DNA from: a virus
Lineage: Duplodnaviria; Caudoviricetes
IMG/VR virus record: IMGVR_UViG_3300028897_000717
Span: 1-54,931 of that record
Length of the DNA: 54,931 bases
Reading direction: 5' to 3' (one strand)
A model generated the notes under the pieces. The model was not told where the DNA came from and did not search any database. It worked only from the letters and a program-made list of their open reading frames with translations. Below are positions 18,697 to 27,758 of the stretch, piece by piece. Each line of letters starts with the position of its first letter. The first letter of the stretch is position 1. The position numbers and the translations under genes are program-made.

Positions 18697-19974
18697 TCAA
18701 TCGCCCCCGTGCATGGTCGCCTTATTAGATATGATGCCAACCCCGCTTATGGGCGAAGCCACGTTCACCTTATCGGCAATGTTCACTGTTGCACTTGATG
18801 TTGTAATGGTATAACCCGGACATGAATTCAAATTGAATATTGCCGTTTCACTTCCCCCCTCATATTTTCCATCCTCAATCGGTGTGAGCGTTACATCAAC
18901 ATAAATGTTGCCATCCGCTATCGTTTGCGGACTTGAAATGGTCTGGTAGTCGGTACCGTTCGTCGCCGTACCGCCCATGGAGATAGTACAATTTAATGCC
19001 CCGGTCGAATTCGAACGCGTTATGCGATATGTACCCGTCCCCCCATCTTCTGTTGCCGATGCATCCGTTGCCGTAACGCTGACGCTTGGGGTTTCGCTTT
19101 CAGGGCCAATGTATGTGGTGCTAACCACATAATCATCAAGTTCAAAAGTCCAATTTCCATTCCAGGTGTTACCTGAATGAATATAAGTAACAACATCACC
19201 CCCAAGACAAGTTATGGTAAGATTTTCAGAATGACTTGTATAATTCACCGTCATAGTGCCCTTACTAACACCATCAATCCAAAGTTGAACTATCGCTTGG
19301 GTGGGCTGAATATCCAACATATATTCCCAAGAATGCCATTCTCCGTCATTCATATCCTCCAAATAAATTCTACCGCCTGAAAATTCTCTATATGCTGCAC
19401 TAAAACCAACAAACTGACTTCCCAAATCGAAGTAGCCCTTTAAAAATGCTTCAGTTGGACCACCCCCATCACGACACCAAACAAAACGGGGAATTTCATC
19501 ATGTCCAGATGATACGCAATCAATGTCGCAGAAAGTATTAACTGTAACACGGTGAAATTTGACACAATTTTCACTTGTATCATAATTAAAGCCAGATGGA
19601 ATTTTCAGATAAAATCTCCAATAAACTTTTAATATTTCTGATACATCGCCACACGGAGCATAGGTAAGATAACCTGCATAACTATCAATGCTACAGCTTC
19701 CACATCTTCTATGCTTGAATGATTTTCCAGAACCCCCTCTACCGGGAGCGGTTATTTCCGAAACTTCATCATTTCCCGCTCCACCACAATCACAGCCGTT
19801 AGTACAACTATCATCGTATGGTGCCCCGAATGCCCTATGATCCCAAATTCCGTATTTGCCGTCAGCACAGACCCAACTTTCAACACTATCGAAATTGTCT
19901 GAGGCTATTTCAGCACCAAAAACGGAAGAAGGAATCGCTAGAATAATAAAAACAAAGAAAATTAATCGTTTCAT
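18697..19974 (-). CDS. exported protein: jelly-roll (lectin/lyase-like) domain plus Calx-beta-like domain
   Basis: Signal peptide MKRLIFF..VFGA; DGEWHSWE..VQLWIDG; VSVTATDASATE...IED...EG.ET. Confidence 0.7.
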   Translation of the reverse strand: MKRLIFFVFIILAIPSSVFGAEIASDNFDSVESWVCADGKYGIWDHRAFGAPYDDSCTNGCDCGGAGNDEVSEITAPGRGGSGKSFKHRRCGSCSIDSYAGYLTYAPCGDVSEILKVYWRFYLKIPSGFNYDTSENCVKFHRVTVNTFCDIDCVSSGHDEIPRFVWCRDGGGPTEAFLKGYFDLGSQFVGFSAAYREFSGGRIYLEDMNDGEWHSWEYMLDIQPTQAIVQLWIDGVSKGTMTVNYTSHSENLTITCLGGDVVTYIHSGNTWNGNWTFELDDYVVSTTYIGPESETPSVSVTATDASATEDGGTGTYRITRSNSTGALNCTISMGGTATNGTDYQTISSPQTIADGNIYVDVTLTPIEDGKYEGGSETAIFNLNSCPGYTITTSSATVNIADKVNVASPISGVGIISNKATMHGGD

Positions 19975-19978
19975 AATC

Positions 19979-20758
19979 CTACATTGGGTCATTAGCCTTA
20001 TAAGATTCAATGAAATAAACATTCCTTATCCTAATTTCGCCCGTACAGATGGCACCTGATTCATACTCTCCTATTCTAAAATGATCGGGTGCTGGATCAA
20101 CACTACCCAGGGTTTCCGCATCTGCCGAGTTCCAAAAACCATTTGCGTAAATCACGTGCTCATTGGCTGCGGTGGACCACGAATAAGCAACCCTCTCCCA
20201 TTCTCCCTCACTGAGTGCAGCATCAGAGGGAACATCATCCCACCCACCATTAAAATGAATACCCAACACTGTGTCGTTAGCTAGTACCATGAGTTGTGTG
20301 CTATCAGTGTTAACTGACTCATAAACACCACATTGAGCAGTTGGGGAAGTAACAATCCAGAGATCCATCCATACCGTACCGATGTCGGCATCCAAGGGGG
20401 CACCGCTAGTAAATTCCATTCGCTCGTCAGAGTCATTAATGGTAGCATAATCAGAAGTAACGGTGAGTCCAGTTACCACCCCTGCCTCGGAAGTTGTCCC
20501 AGAATCCCAACAACCATAGTTGGCACCACTTGGATGTTGCCCATTCCATGCAAATTTGTAAGTACCGGATGGACAATCACCACCCGCCGCCGCAACCGCC
20601 ACACCATCCGCAGTGCTAATGTTTGAGGTAAATCCGTCCATGTCCGATGCTGTGGTTATGCTCGTACCATCCTTGGTATCTACATCGGCCCATATTGGCA
20701 ATACTGCCAAAAACCAGCAAAACAGAAATGCTAAAATTATAGCTTGACTTTTTCTCAT
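19979..20758 (-). CDS. exported ConA/LamG-like protein
   Basis: Signal peptide (..PIWA); GEWERVAYSW....VIYANG; FRIG. Confidence 0.65.
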   Translation of the reverse strand: MRKSQAIILAFLFCWFLAVLPIWADVDTKDGTSITTASDMDGFTSNISTADGVAVAAAGGDCPSGTYKFAWNGQHPSGANYGCWDSGTTSEAGVVTGLTVTSDYATINDSDERMEFTSGAPLDADIGTVWMDLWIVTSPTAQCGVYESVNTDSTQLMVLANDTVLGIHFNGGWDDVPSDAALSEGEWERVAYSWSTAANEHVIYANGFWNSADAETLGSVDPAPDHFRIGEYESGAICTGEIRIRNVYFIESYKANDPM

Positions 20759-21258
20759 TGCTCAAACGTTCCGTCGTTACCGCCCGTGAGAACATCCGCC
20801 TTGAATTTGTTCCATATCAGGGTACGCAATCCCACGCCTATCATTGTATCAACGTCCTGCGCTCTTATCAGAAACTTAAACACGTCAGAAAAGCATGTGC
20901 TTATCATGTCATCACACGTGCCAGTGCCCGCCCCCGTACAGCATGCCCATGGCACTTCAACGTCGGTGCATTCTGCATTTGTGCCTTCCACCTCAATATC
21001 CCTACAACTCCACGTTTTCCACTGTGACCGTCGTCCGAAATAAAGCGGGTCGCCCGTAGCATCATCACGCCAGTAATATGAAACGACCATGGTTTTTGTT
21101 TCTGCATCTATCAGGGTTATCTTCCATCTCAGATTTTGTGAGGTGGGGTTTGATAGGGTTTCGGGGTTATCCAAAACCACCGTGTCCGCAAAACTTGTCT
21201 TTATCGCTAGACTTGATAAAACCAACAAGCCAATAATTAAAACAAACAATTTTTTCAT
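20755..21258 (-). CDS. exported hypothetical protein with a Cys motif
   Basis: Signal peptide MKKLFVL..SFA; AECT...PWACCTGAGTGTC. Confidence 0.65.
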   Translation of the reverse strand: MKKLFVLIIGLLVLSSLAIKTSFADTVVLDNPETLSNPTSQNLRWKITLIDAETKTMVVSYYWRDDATGDPLYFGRRSQWKTWSCRDIEVEGTNAECTDVEVPWACCTGAGTGTCDDMISTCFSDVFKFLIRAQDVDTMIGVGLRTLIWNKFKADVLTGGNDGTFEQ

Positions 21259-21272
21259 TCTTTCATCCTCCT

Positions 21273-22496
21273 TTATTCCACAAGTAGCCAATGGCCAGTA
21301 ATATTGAAAAATACTTCGTCAACCGATATCGCTTTCCCGACTACCTGTATGCAATCAGTAGAAGTTGCGGGGGGATCATCATCAATGTCACCATTTGCGG
21401 TATCGTCTAAGTAAAGCGTATCTCCAGGGGTGAGTTCTTCAGGCCAACCGTCATTTCGCACGAAACCACGAATCAAAACCACTATCTCCTCTGTATCCTG
21501 ACACGGCCAACCACCACCCCCGGGACATTCAACCGCCACACCGAAAGCAGGGAATAGTGCGTTGTCTGCATCTGCCTCGTCAAATTTTCCGTCAGAAGCC
21601 AAATACACAAGGGCAAATTGAGCAATATCGGAGCCCGCCAGTAATCCCCTGACCGCTATTCCGCTCCAATTATCATCCGCCATCATGTCGGGGGCAGCGT
21701 CTAACACTATCTGTGTTTTTGTTTCGTCTCCCCCTATCTCAAGCAATATGGCAGCAGCATCGCCAGAATTGGTTGCCTTTATGATATGTTTCTGTACGGG
21801 ACTATCCCCAACATCGTCCGTCGCCTGCCACGAGGACCAATCCGCAGAGGCAGTGCCCGTCTTGATTGATTTGCCGTCTGCCAAATTTATATCAAGGTTG
21901 AATATCCACCCGTTGGCAGAACTTTCAATAGTGTTGGATTGATTATCCTGTCCTAAAATCTTACCCCCATCAGCCAAGTAGAGGTCGGCAAACTCATTGT
22001 CTGCATTTCCGAGGGTTGCGCCATCGGATGCATCAGGTAAAAAGGCAGTCACCGCATAGACATTGGTTCCCCATACGTTTACCAGTTCCCATTCGCCACT
22101 GCCCGTATCTGGCGCTATGACCGTGGGCACCGATTCGCCCGCCGAGGCGTCGTCGTCAAAGGAATAAATGAACACCGCATTGCCATAGGTTCCATCGGCA
22201 TTCGTCACAACAAATCCCACGTCCTTGTCTGACGGGTTTGCAACGTTATCGAGGTCTCCTGCCGCACCGCCCGTGTGACTTCTTGCGGGATAAAAATTGG
22301 CACCCGCCTGTTCTGCCATGAGCATAGCTTGGCGTCGCATTTTTTCGACTATCAAGTTGAACTGTTTTTCCGAATCCGCCTTCAGCGTCTTTACGTCATT
22401 TTCCAACTGAGTCAGTCTGTTTGTATCTACTAACGAAACTCCCGCACAACCAGAAAGGAAAACCGTAATCAGCAATAATAGTAAAACTTTTCTCAT
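21273..22496 (-). CDS. putative lipoprotein with fibre/cement-like domains
   Basis: Lipobox LSGC, coiled coil, domain shared with 22969..23577. Confidence 0.65.
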   Translation of the reverse strand: MRKVLLLLLITVFLSGCAGVSLVDTNRLTQLENDVKTLKADSEKQFNLIVEKMRRQAMLMAEQAGANFYPARSHTGGAAGDLDNVANPSDKDVGFVVTNADGTYGNAVFIYSFDDDASAGESVPTVIAPDTGSGEWELVNVWGTNVYAVTAFLPDASDGATLGNADNEFADLYLADGGKILGQDNQSNTIESSANGWIFNLDINLADGKSIKTGTASADWSSWQATDDVGDSPVQKHIIKATNSGDAAAILLEIGGDETKTQIVLDAAPDMMADDNWSGIAVRGLLAGSDIAQFALVYLASDGKFDEADADNALFPAFGVAVECPGGGGWPCQDTEEIVVLIRGFVRNDGWPEELTPGDTLYLDDTANGDIDDDPPATSTDCIQVVGKAISVDEVFFNITGHWLLVE

Positions 22497-22503
22497 TCCG
22501 TCC

Positions 22504-22959
22504 TCACATGAACACGAACAATATGTTGTCCTTATCGGTCGCCTCCCAAATTCTTTTTTCCATGGGCGTCGTGTCGATAAGGTGTATTTTCTCTTCATTG
22601 TCTATAAATATGTTTACGGCATGCAGCTTGGCCATCCCGCGAAGCAAGTTTCCAAAGGCAAACCCCATGGTCACGGGAAACTCCTGGTCAACGGGTAATG
22701 TGCGTTCCTGATTGGGGTCTAACGGATAGGCGGCAAGATAGCGCTTGCGCCTGGTTTCAGCCAAAAACTGCAAGGCAAAATTATCGCAATCTGAAAACAG
22801 TGGCACAAACCTCATGTCTGGTATTCTGCTGGTTTTCAGCAACACTTCTGCCTGTCTAAGTGGTAGCGAAAAATATGTATTGTCCCATAACCATATGTAT
22901 TCAAGGTGCGGCCATTGCTTTGCGAGAATCTTGCGTATCTGTTTGCTGGATATTTTCAT
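22504..22959 (-). CDS. putative papain/transglutaminase-like (MOA lectin C-terminal-like) protein
   Basis: DCDNFA...HAVN..I...IDT Cys-His-acid pattern. Confidence 0.5.
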   Translation of the reverse strand: MKISSKQIRKILAKQWPHLEYIWLWDNTYFSLPLRQAEVLLKTSRIPDMRFVPLFSDCDNFALQFLAETRRKRYLAAYPLDPNQERTLPVDQEFPVTMGFAFGNLLRGMAKLHAVNIFIDNEEKIHLIDTTPMEKRIWEATDKDNILFVFM

Positions 22960-22968
22960 AAATAGTCC

Positions 22969-23577
22969 CTATTCAGTACCTACTAAAGCACCAGTTGGTT
23001 GTATGTAAACAACGTTTGTGCCGTTGTAATATTCCAATCTATTATCCGTAGTGTCATACCAAATCCATCCCTCACTGGGAGAACTTGGGGTTGCGGAATT
23101 GTTTACCAATATGTAAGCGTCTCCTGAAGCATCGCTCTCCACGGCATTGGCATGTACATCACATAACAACCACGCCCCGCTCCCGCCCGTGTCGGGTTCT
23201 ATCACTCTAGGGTCGGACTCAGAAGATGTGTTGTCCGAATCGTATATGTAAAAATACAAGTCAACATTTGACCCGCTGAGAATCGCCACCACTCCCAAAT
23301 CGCCATCGCTCAGATTCGCACCGTTTATGCCATCAAGAGCGTTCGTGCCACCAGTCCTTGTGTTACGCCACCACGCCTTGCGTGCCCCTGCTTCTTCCGC
23401 TAATAACATGGCGGTAGCAGGTGCAATCTTGCCGTCTATGGATACCGACCATTTCTCAAGTCTTTCAACCCGTGCAACCAAATTCTCATAGTCTGCACTT
23501 GGCACAATGGTCATGCAACCAGACAACAAAAATGTTGTAAATATTAGTAAGGAGCACAACTTTTTTATTGTATTCAT
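22969..23577 (-). CDS. putative lipoprotein, paralog of the 21273..22496 N-terminus
   Basis: Lipobox LSGC; AMLLAEEAGA..TGG..LD..ES.P.VI.PDTG; C-terminal GWIWYDTTDNRLEYYNG. Confidence 0.65.
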   Translation of the reverse strand: MNTIKKLCSLLIFTTFLLSGCMTIVPSADYENLVARVERLEKWSVSIDGKIAPATAMLLAEEAGARKAWWRNTRTGGTNALDGINGANLSDGDLGVVAILSGSNVDLYFYIYDSDNTSSESDPRVIEPDTGGSGAWLLCDVHANAVESDASGDAYILVNNSATPSSPSEGWIWYDTTDNRLEYYNGTNVVYIQPTGALVGTE

Positions 23578-23585
23578 ATTAAAAT

Positions 23586-23657
23586 CTTGCCAACCCCGCA
23601 CGTATCAACGGGAGGGTGAAAGGAGGGAAAGCCCCTCGAACGCACAGGGTCAGCAAG
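23586..23657 (-). ncRNA. candidate structured RNA: 18-bp stem with an inner hairpin exposing CCUCCUUUC
   Basis: Stem pairs fully only on the minus strand (5 G-U pairs). Confidence 0.45.
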
Positions 23658-23665
23658 CCGTTCCT

Positions 23666-24079
23666 TTAAGCCGATGTTGACCCACCTGATGGCGTCACCC
23701 CGTCAATGTAAAGCGTCAACGTGAAAGATTTCTGCGTGCCACTCATAACAATCCACGGTTTCTCGTCAACAAACGGATATGACACAAACAGCGCCGTTGT
23801 CAGTGGAACGTAGGTCGTCGTTTGAGCATCAACCGCAGGGTGTTTGGGAAATAGCATGAGCGCCGTAGTCTTGCTGGGTGTCGCCTGAATTGCCCGTCTG
23901 GATAAATCGGTAGCACCTGCGTGTATAGCCCAATACTTGTTCGTGCTTCCGCCTGCAGCCGACACACGCACGGCATAAAGGGTGCCATTTATAGGCGCAC
24001 CCTTATGAGCTACCTTGCCGCCAGACCATGTGGTCGTCTCAGAGCTAATAGATATTGTTTGTTTGGTAAAATACCCCAT
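23666..24079 (-). CDS. putative virion protein, Thr/Ser-rich
   Basis: Head-module context and composition. Confidence 0.6.
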   Translation of the reverse strand: MGYFTKQTISISSETTTWSGGKVAHKGAPINGTLYAVRVSAAGGSTNKYWAIHAGATDLSRRAIQATPSKTTALMLFPKHPAVDAQTTTYVPLTTALFVSYPFVDEKPWIVMSGTQKSFTLTLYIDGVTPSGGSTSA

Positions 24080-24082
24080 TGT

Positions 24083-25855
24083 TTATTCCTTTTTGTCGTC
24101 ATCCTGTTTCTCTATGGCTGGATAGAGTTCCATTACAGGTTCCTTTGGTGATTCATTTCCCGTTGGCGGGAATCCCAGTTGCATATCGGGGGGTTCTATG
24201 TCTTGGTCGTAACCAGGTCCCTCCGTAAAGGTTAACAACTTGCGGTTATGTAACCACGTCTGGTTTATGTAGTTCATATTTTCCAGAGCACCTAGAATAC
24301 TCAACCGCCCATCGTGTCCCGCCTGCTCCTGTTGTGCCAACTGCTCCACGCGTTGTCTCAATTCCCGGCGTCTTCCGTCTATCTTTTGGCGCATCAATGA
24401 ATCATCTTCGAACGGGTACAACCATGTAGTTTTAAGCATATCTGACTGCGGGGGGATATAGACGTTGATACCCAATCCACGTGCCCAACCTATAAAAAAT
24501 TCACAAGATGGACGTTGCTCACTATTATGAGAAGCAAAACCTTCTGCGACATAAGTCCCATCTGATGTTTTCAAACCTATAACAGTTTGTTCGCCTATAT
24601 CTTTAATGCTTTTAACGCCTACTGCATCTTTACGGTACATAACCCCAAGCATGTCTGGTTTGAAATTCTCCATCAATCGACGTGGTCTAATTTGCCCCAA
24701 AAATCTCAATATTTCTGGACGTCCACCTTTAATGTTATAAGTTATAATATTTTTGTTTTTACTAACAATAAAATCAAAACCAAGTCGTCTTAGGGATTCA
24801 TCAACTTGTCCGAGCATTCCGTTATCTTTTTGCGTAAACTGAAGACGAATAGATTTGTTGTGGGTATTAGGTCTGTAATTTTGTGGACAGCAACCTTCCC
24901 CATCGAAAGCAGCCGCGAGATAACCAGCATCCCATGAGTTGTCTTCCTTCCATACATCTAATAGTTTCGCAATTTTTGATGGTCGGTCTGGACGATGATG
25001 TGGTGTAACTAATTGTTCTGTTTTGCGCCACTTGTACTCATTTTCAGGGTAAGTTAACCATCTATGTAATTTTGATGAAATCAATTCCGTTCCATCCTCT
25101 AAACATATCTCACAACATGGTTGTTTTAATTCAATTGTTTTCTCTACTGTTGTACAACGCCATTGCCGTTTATTCCCATAGGTTGGCATAAGCGTCCCAG
25201 GATGTTCATCAAATGCAATCAACTTATCCCCAACTTTAACTGCACCAATATCAACCCATTCCAAGTTTGCGTTTAGCACTTTAGTATATGGACTATTACA
25301 ATATTCGGAGTCAGTAGCCATATCAACTCCAAAAATATACACATGTTTAAACCCTGCCGTCGGGTCTCCCGTAGCCTCCCGCGCCTTGACCGTCTCATAA
25401 ATGGCGAGCGCTATCTCCCACGAAATACTGTTGGTAAAATAGCGCCCAAAATAGTCTATGATTTCGTCCTTGGGGTAGGGAATGGAGAGGGGTACGTCCG
25501 GTTCCTTGCGCTGCATGTAGATGGGAAACGTGGTCTGCTGTGCGAGCCAATCGTGATGTGCATGGTCTCGCACAGCCATGTCGTATTCCCTTCTTGGGTG
25601 TATCTGAAACCACCGCGTGGCATACTGCACCAGCAACGGGAACTGGAGATAGAGTTGGTTCAATCCCCAGAACTCCGTGTCAGGGTCAGTAAAATATGCC
25701 CTGGCATCGCCCATGGAACTCGGAGCGAACCCGATTATGGCCACCTTGTTTCGCACAAGAGGCAAACCGCCCTCCTGTAAGTAATGACCATTGGTTAGTA
25801 ATCCCCAAGGTTGGGGCGCCTGTTGTACCTGTCCTTTTGCGGGTTTGTCCGCCAT
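24083..25855 (-). CDS. intein-containing glycosyltransferase-like protein (sialyltransferase/Maf-like fold)
   Basis: VAIIGFAPS..WGLN..TNSI...ALAI...VYIFGVDM; strong RBS; transferase call is an inference. Confidence 0.6.
   Translation of the reverse strand: MADKPAKGQVQQAPQPWGLLTNGHYLQEGGLPLVRNKVAIIGFAPSSMGDARAYFTDPDTEFWGLNQLYLQFPLLVQYATRWFQIHPRREYDMAVRDHAHHDWLAQQTTFPIYMQRKEPDVPLSIPYPKDEIIDYFGRYFTNSISWEIALAIYETVKAREATGDPTAGFKHVYIFGVDMATDSEYCNSPYTKVLNANLEWVDIGAVKVGDKLIAFDEHPGTLMPTYGNKRQWRCTTVEKTIELKQPCCEICLEDGTELISSKLHRWLTYPENEYKWRKTEQLVTPHHRPDRPSKIAKLLDVWKEDNSWDAGYLAAAFDGEGCCPQNYRPNTHNKSIRLQFTQKDNGMLGQVDESLRRLGFDFIVSKNKNIITYNIKGGRPEILRFLGQIRPRRLMENFKPDMLGVMYRKDAVGVKSIKDIGEQTVIGLKTSDGTYVAEGFASHNSEQRPSCEFFIGWARGLGINVYIPPQSDMLKTTWLYPFEDDSLMRQKIDGRRRELRQRVEQLAQQEQAGHDGRLSILGALENMNYINQTWLHNRKLLTFTEGPGYDQDIEPPDMQLGFPPTGNESPKEPVMELYPAIEKQDDDKKE
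24157..24172. repeat. 16-bp palindrome copy 4, TTCCCGTTGGCGGGAA (intragenic)
   Basis: Exact arms. Confidence 0.9.
24524..25300 (-). mobile_element. intein (259 aa) with one LAGLIDADG motif
   Basis: SEY|CNSPYTKVL...YVAEGFASHN|S; YLAAAFDGEG. Confidence 0.92.
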
Positions 25856-25880
25856 GTCCTCCTCCTTTCCATGAACGATG

Positions 25881-26537
25881 TTAGCCAGTGCAACTCGAAA
25901 ACGTGAATGCTGCGTTTGGCGTTACAGTTACAATTGACGTGCCTGCCACGCTGGTAATGTACCAACGGTTGGATGAGCCAGCATGCAAATGAAACACTGT
26001 TGGTCTTCCGGTAGCTTTGACCGTCTTACCATGATCCGACGTAAACGCTATGGTTGTAACACTTGTTCCCAGTCTAACCGGATAAACAAGCGCAGACGTT
26101 GAGGTACCCATAGACCTAATCTCGATCTTGGCACTCGTGTCCACGGCTATGCGCATGTGGGCGCCCTTTCTCGGTTGGTCAATGTAATGTATGCCACCAT
26201 TACCCGTACCCTGGGTCGTTTGAATGATGTTCAACCCATAGGGTTTCAACCTCTCGCCAGTGGTTGTGGTAGTGAAAATGCTCTGATCCGTATAGTACGA
26301 ACTTGACTCAAAGACCATCCTGCCACCAGAACTAATCCTCAACAGTCCGCCATTCCCCGTTCTCATGGAACCAAGGTTTAGGATCGTGCTGCCGGCTTTC
26401 GCCTGTAACAGACCAGCAGATTCAATTTGAATTTCGCCACCACTCTCCACGTCTATGTAAGCGCTAGTGGGAACAATAAGTTTCCCGTCTTGCGAACGAT
26501 AAACAGAATATTCATGGTGTCCTATTTCTGTAGACAT
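25881..26537 (-). CDS. putative head fibre/decoration protein, Ser/Thr-rich
   Basis: GGAGG RBS; downstream of the capsid gene; S/T/G-rich. Confidence 0.6.
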   Translation of the reverse strand: MSTEIGHHEYSVYRSQDGKLIVPTSAYIDVESGGEIQIESAGLLQAKAGSTILNLGSMRTGNGGLLRISSGGRMVFESSSYYTDQSIFTTTTTGERLKPYGLNIIQTTQGTGNGGIHYIDQPRKGAHMRIAVDTSAKIEIRSMGTSTSALVYPVRLGTSVTTIAFTSDHGKTVKATGRPTVFHLHAGSSNRWYITSVAGTSIVTVTPNAAFTFSSCTG

Positions 26538-26577
26538 CTAATTAACCTCCTTGCGATTTATTTCTAACCGCCAGGGG

Positions 26578-27003
26578 TTAGCTAGAACCTAGTTTCAATG
26601 TGGACCATGCCTGCAAATTAACCTTCGCCTCCGTGGAACCCAATCGTGATCCCCTGTACTGAATCGGGATAACAAAAGTCCCGGAACAGGTCAGCGTTGC
26701 AAGCTGCACGTACCGCCTGATTGGTCTGTAAAAATCAACGGCACCAATGTCGCCCCTTGGGTGCGTGCTATCTTTCCAGTGAACCGAGTTGGTCATCGTA
26801 GTTGCCCAGGCACCTGCGGTTGATGTGCCAGTGCATTCCCTCAAAATTAGGGTGCCGGAACTAGACATTCTGGTCGTCCCCGGATGCAAGATAAACAGAC
26901 AACCGTCCCAACCCTGCATATCTAAGAACGTAGACTCATATGCTGTAATAGTACCAGTGCTGCCACGTCCTCCAGTTATTTTTACGTGTTCAAGTAAACC
27001 CAT
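26578..27003 (-). CDS. putative capsid decoration protein
   Basis: First structural gene after the MCP; DMQGWDGC..RRYV; about 24% Ser+Thr. Confidence 0.65.
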   Translation of the reverse strand: MGLLEHVKITGGRGSTGTITAYESTFLDMQGWDGCLFILHPGTTRMSSSGTLILRECTGTSTAGAWATTMTNSVHWKDSTHPRGDIGAVDFYRPIRRYVQLATLTCSGTFVIPIQYRGSRLGSTEAKVNLQAWSTLKLGSS

Positions 27004-27021
27004 TTCGTTATTTCCTCCTAG

Positions 27022-27708
27022 TCAATTAAAAATATCTTTCTCTCTAAGTCGAACTATGTGAAAGTCAGGATGGAACGCCTGAATTTCCTTCTGGCGCTCC
27101 ACATCCTGTTGTTTAAGTTTGTTACCAACGTAGTGGTGCTCCTCATCCCACTCCATAATGAGTTTCAAGTCAGGATTGTAATAATCCACCCAATAACCCA
27201 ATTCGGATATAGAATGCTCACCACCATTCGTGGCATACTCTCCTGAAGTGCAGTGTTTAAGATCGAAAAGATAAAACCAAGCGCAAGCACGAGGATTGTA
27301 ATTAGGTGGGGGAGACATAATTTTGTAACCGTTTTTTATCGCATCTTTCATATAGGTATTACCTATTCTCATCTGCGAATATTTACGTTTAGTCTCCTCA
27401 CTATGTTTACAACCCAAAGCCCATTTATTATTTTTATTACGCTCAATGACTCCTTGTTTTTGCTTATCAGAAGTCGTTTTGCCATACATCGGATTATTTC
27501 TACCAGATTTCACTATACTTAATTTCCTTCTGGTTTCATCTGTTGCTGGCGAACGATATTTATGCGCTTCACTCATTTTCTTGCGCGTTTCCTCTGATAC
27601 TGGTGCACGTTTTTTCCATGCATTACGCATTTTTTGCCGCGCTATTTCAGAATGTTTTTTACCGAAGAATGGATTTTTTTCTCCAGTATATCGACCTTTT
27701 TCAACCAT
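27022..27708 (-). CDS. NUMOD3-repeat homing endonuclease (Vsr/EDxHD-like nuclease)
   Basis: NPFFGKKHSE, SEETRKKMS repeats; VDYY...IMEWDEEHH. Confidence 0.8.
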   Translation of the reverse strand: MVEKGRYTGEKNPFFGKKHSEIARQKMRNAWKKRAPVSEETRKKMSEAHKYRSPATDETRRKLSIVKSGRNNPMYGKTTSDKQKQGVIERNKNNKWALGCKHSEETKRKYSQMRIGNTYMKDAIKNGYKIMSPPPNYNPRACAWFYLFDLKHCTSGEYATNGGEHSISELGYWVDYYNPDLKLIMEWDEEHHYVGNKLKQQDVERQKEIQAFHPDFHIVRLREKDIFN

Positions 27709-27721
27709 AGTTTTATTATGA

Positions 27722-27747
27722 TGTGACGTACCAAACGATACGTCACA
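27722..27747. terminator. inverted repeat after the capsid gene (terminator or operator)
   Basis: TGTGACGTA-N8-TACGTCACA. Confidence 0.4.
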
Positions 27748-27758
27748 GAATTAAATAA

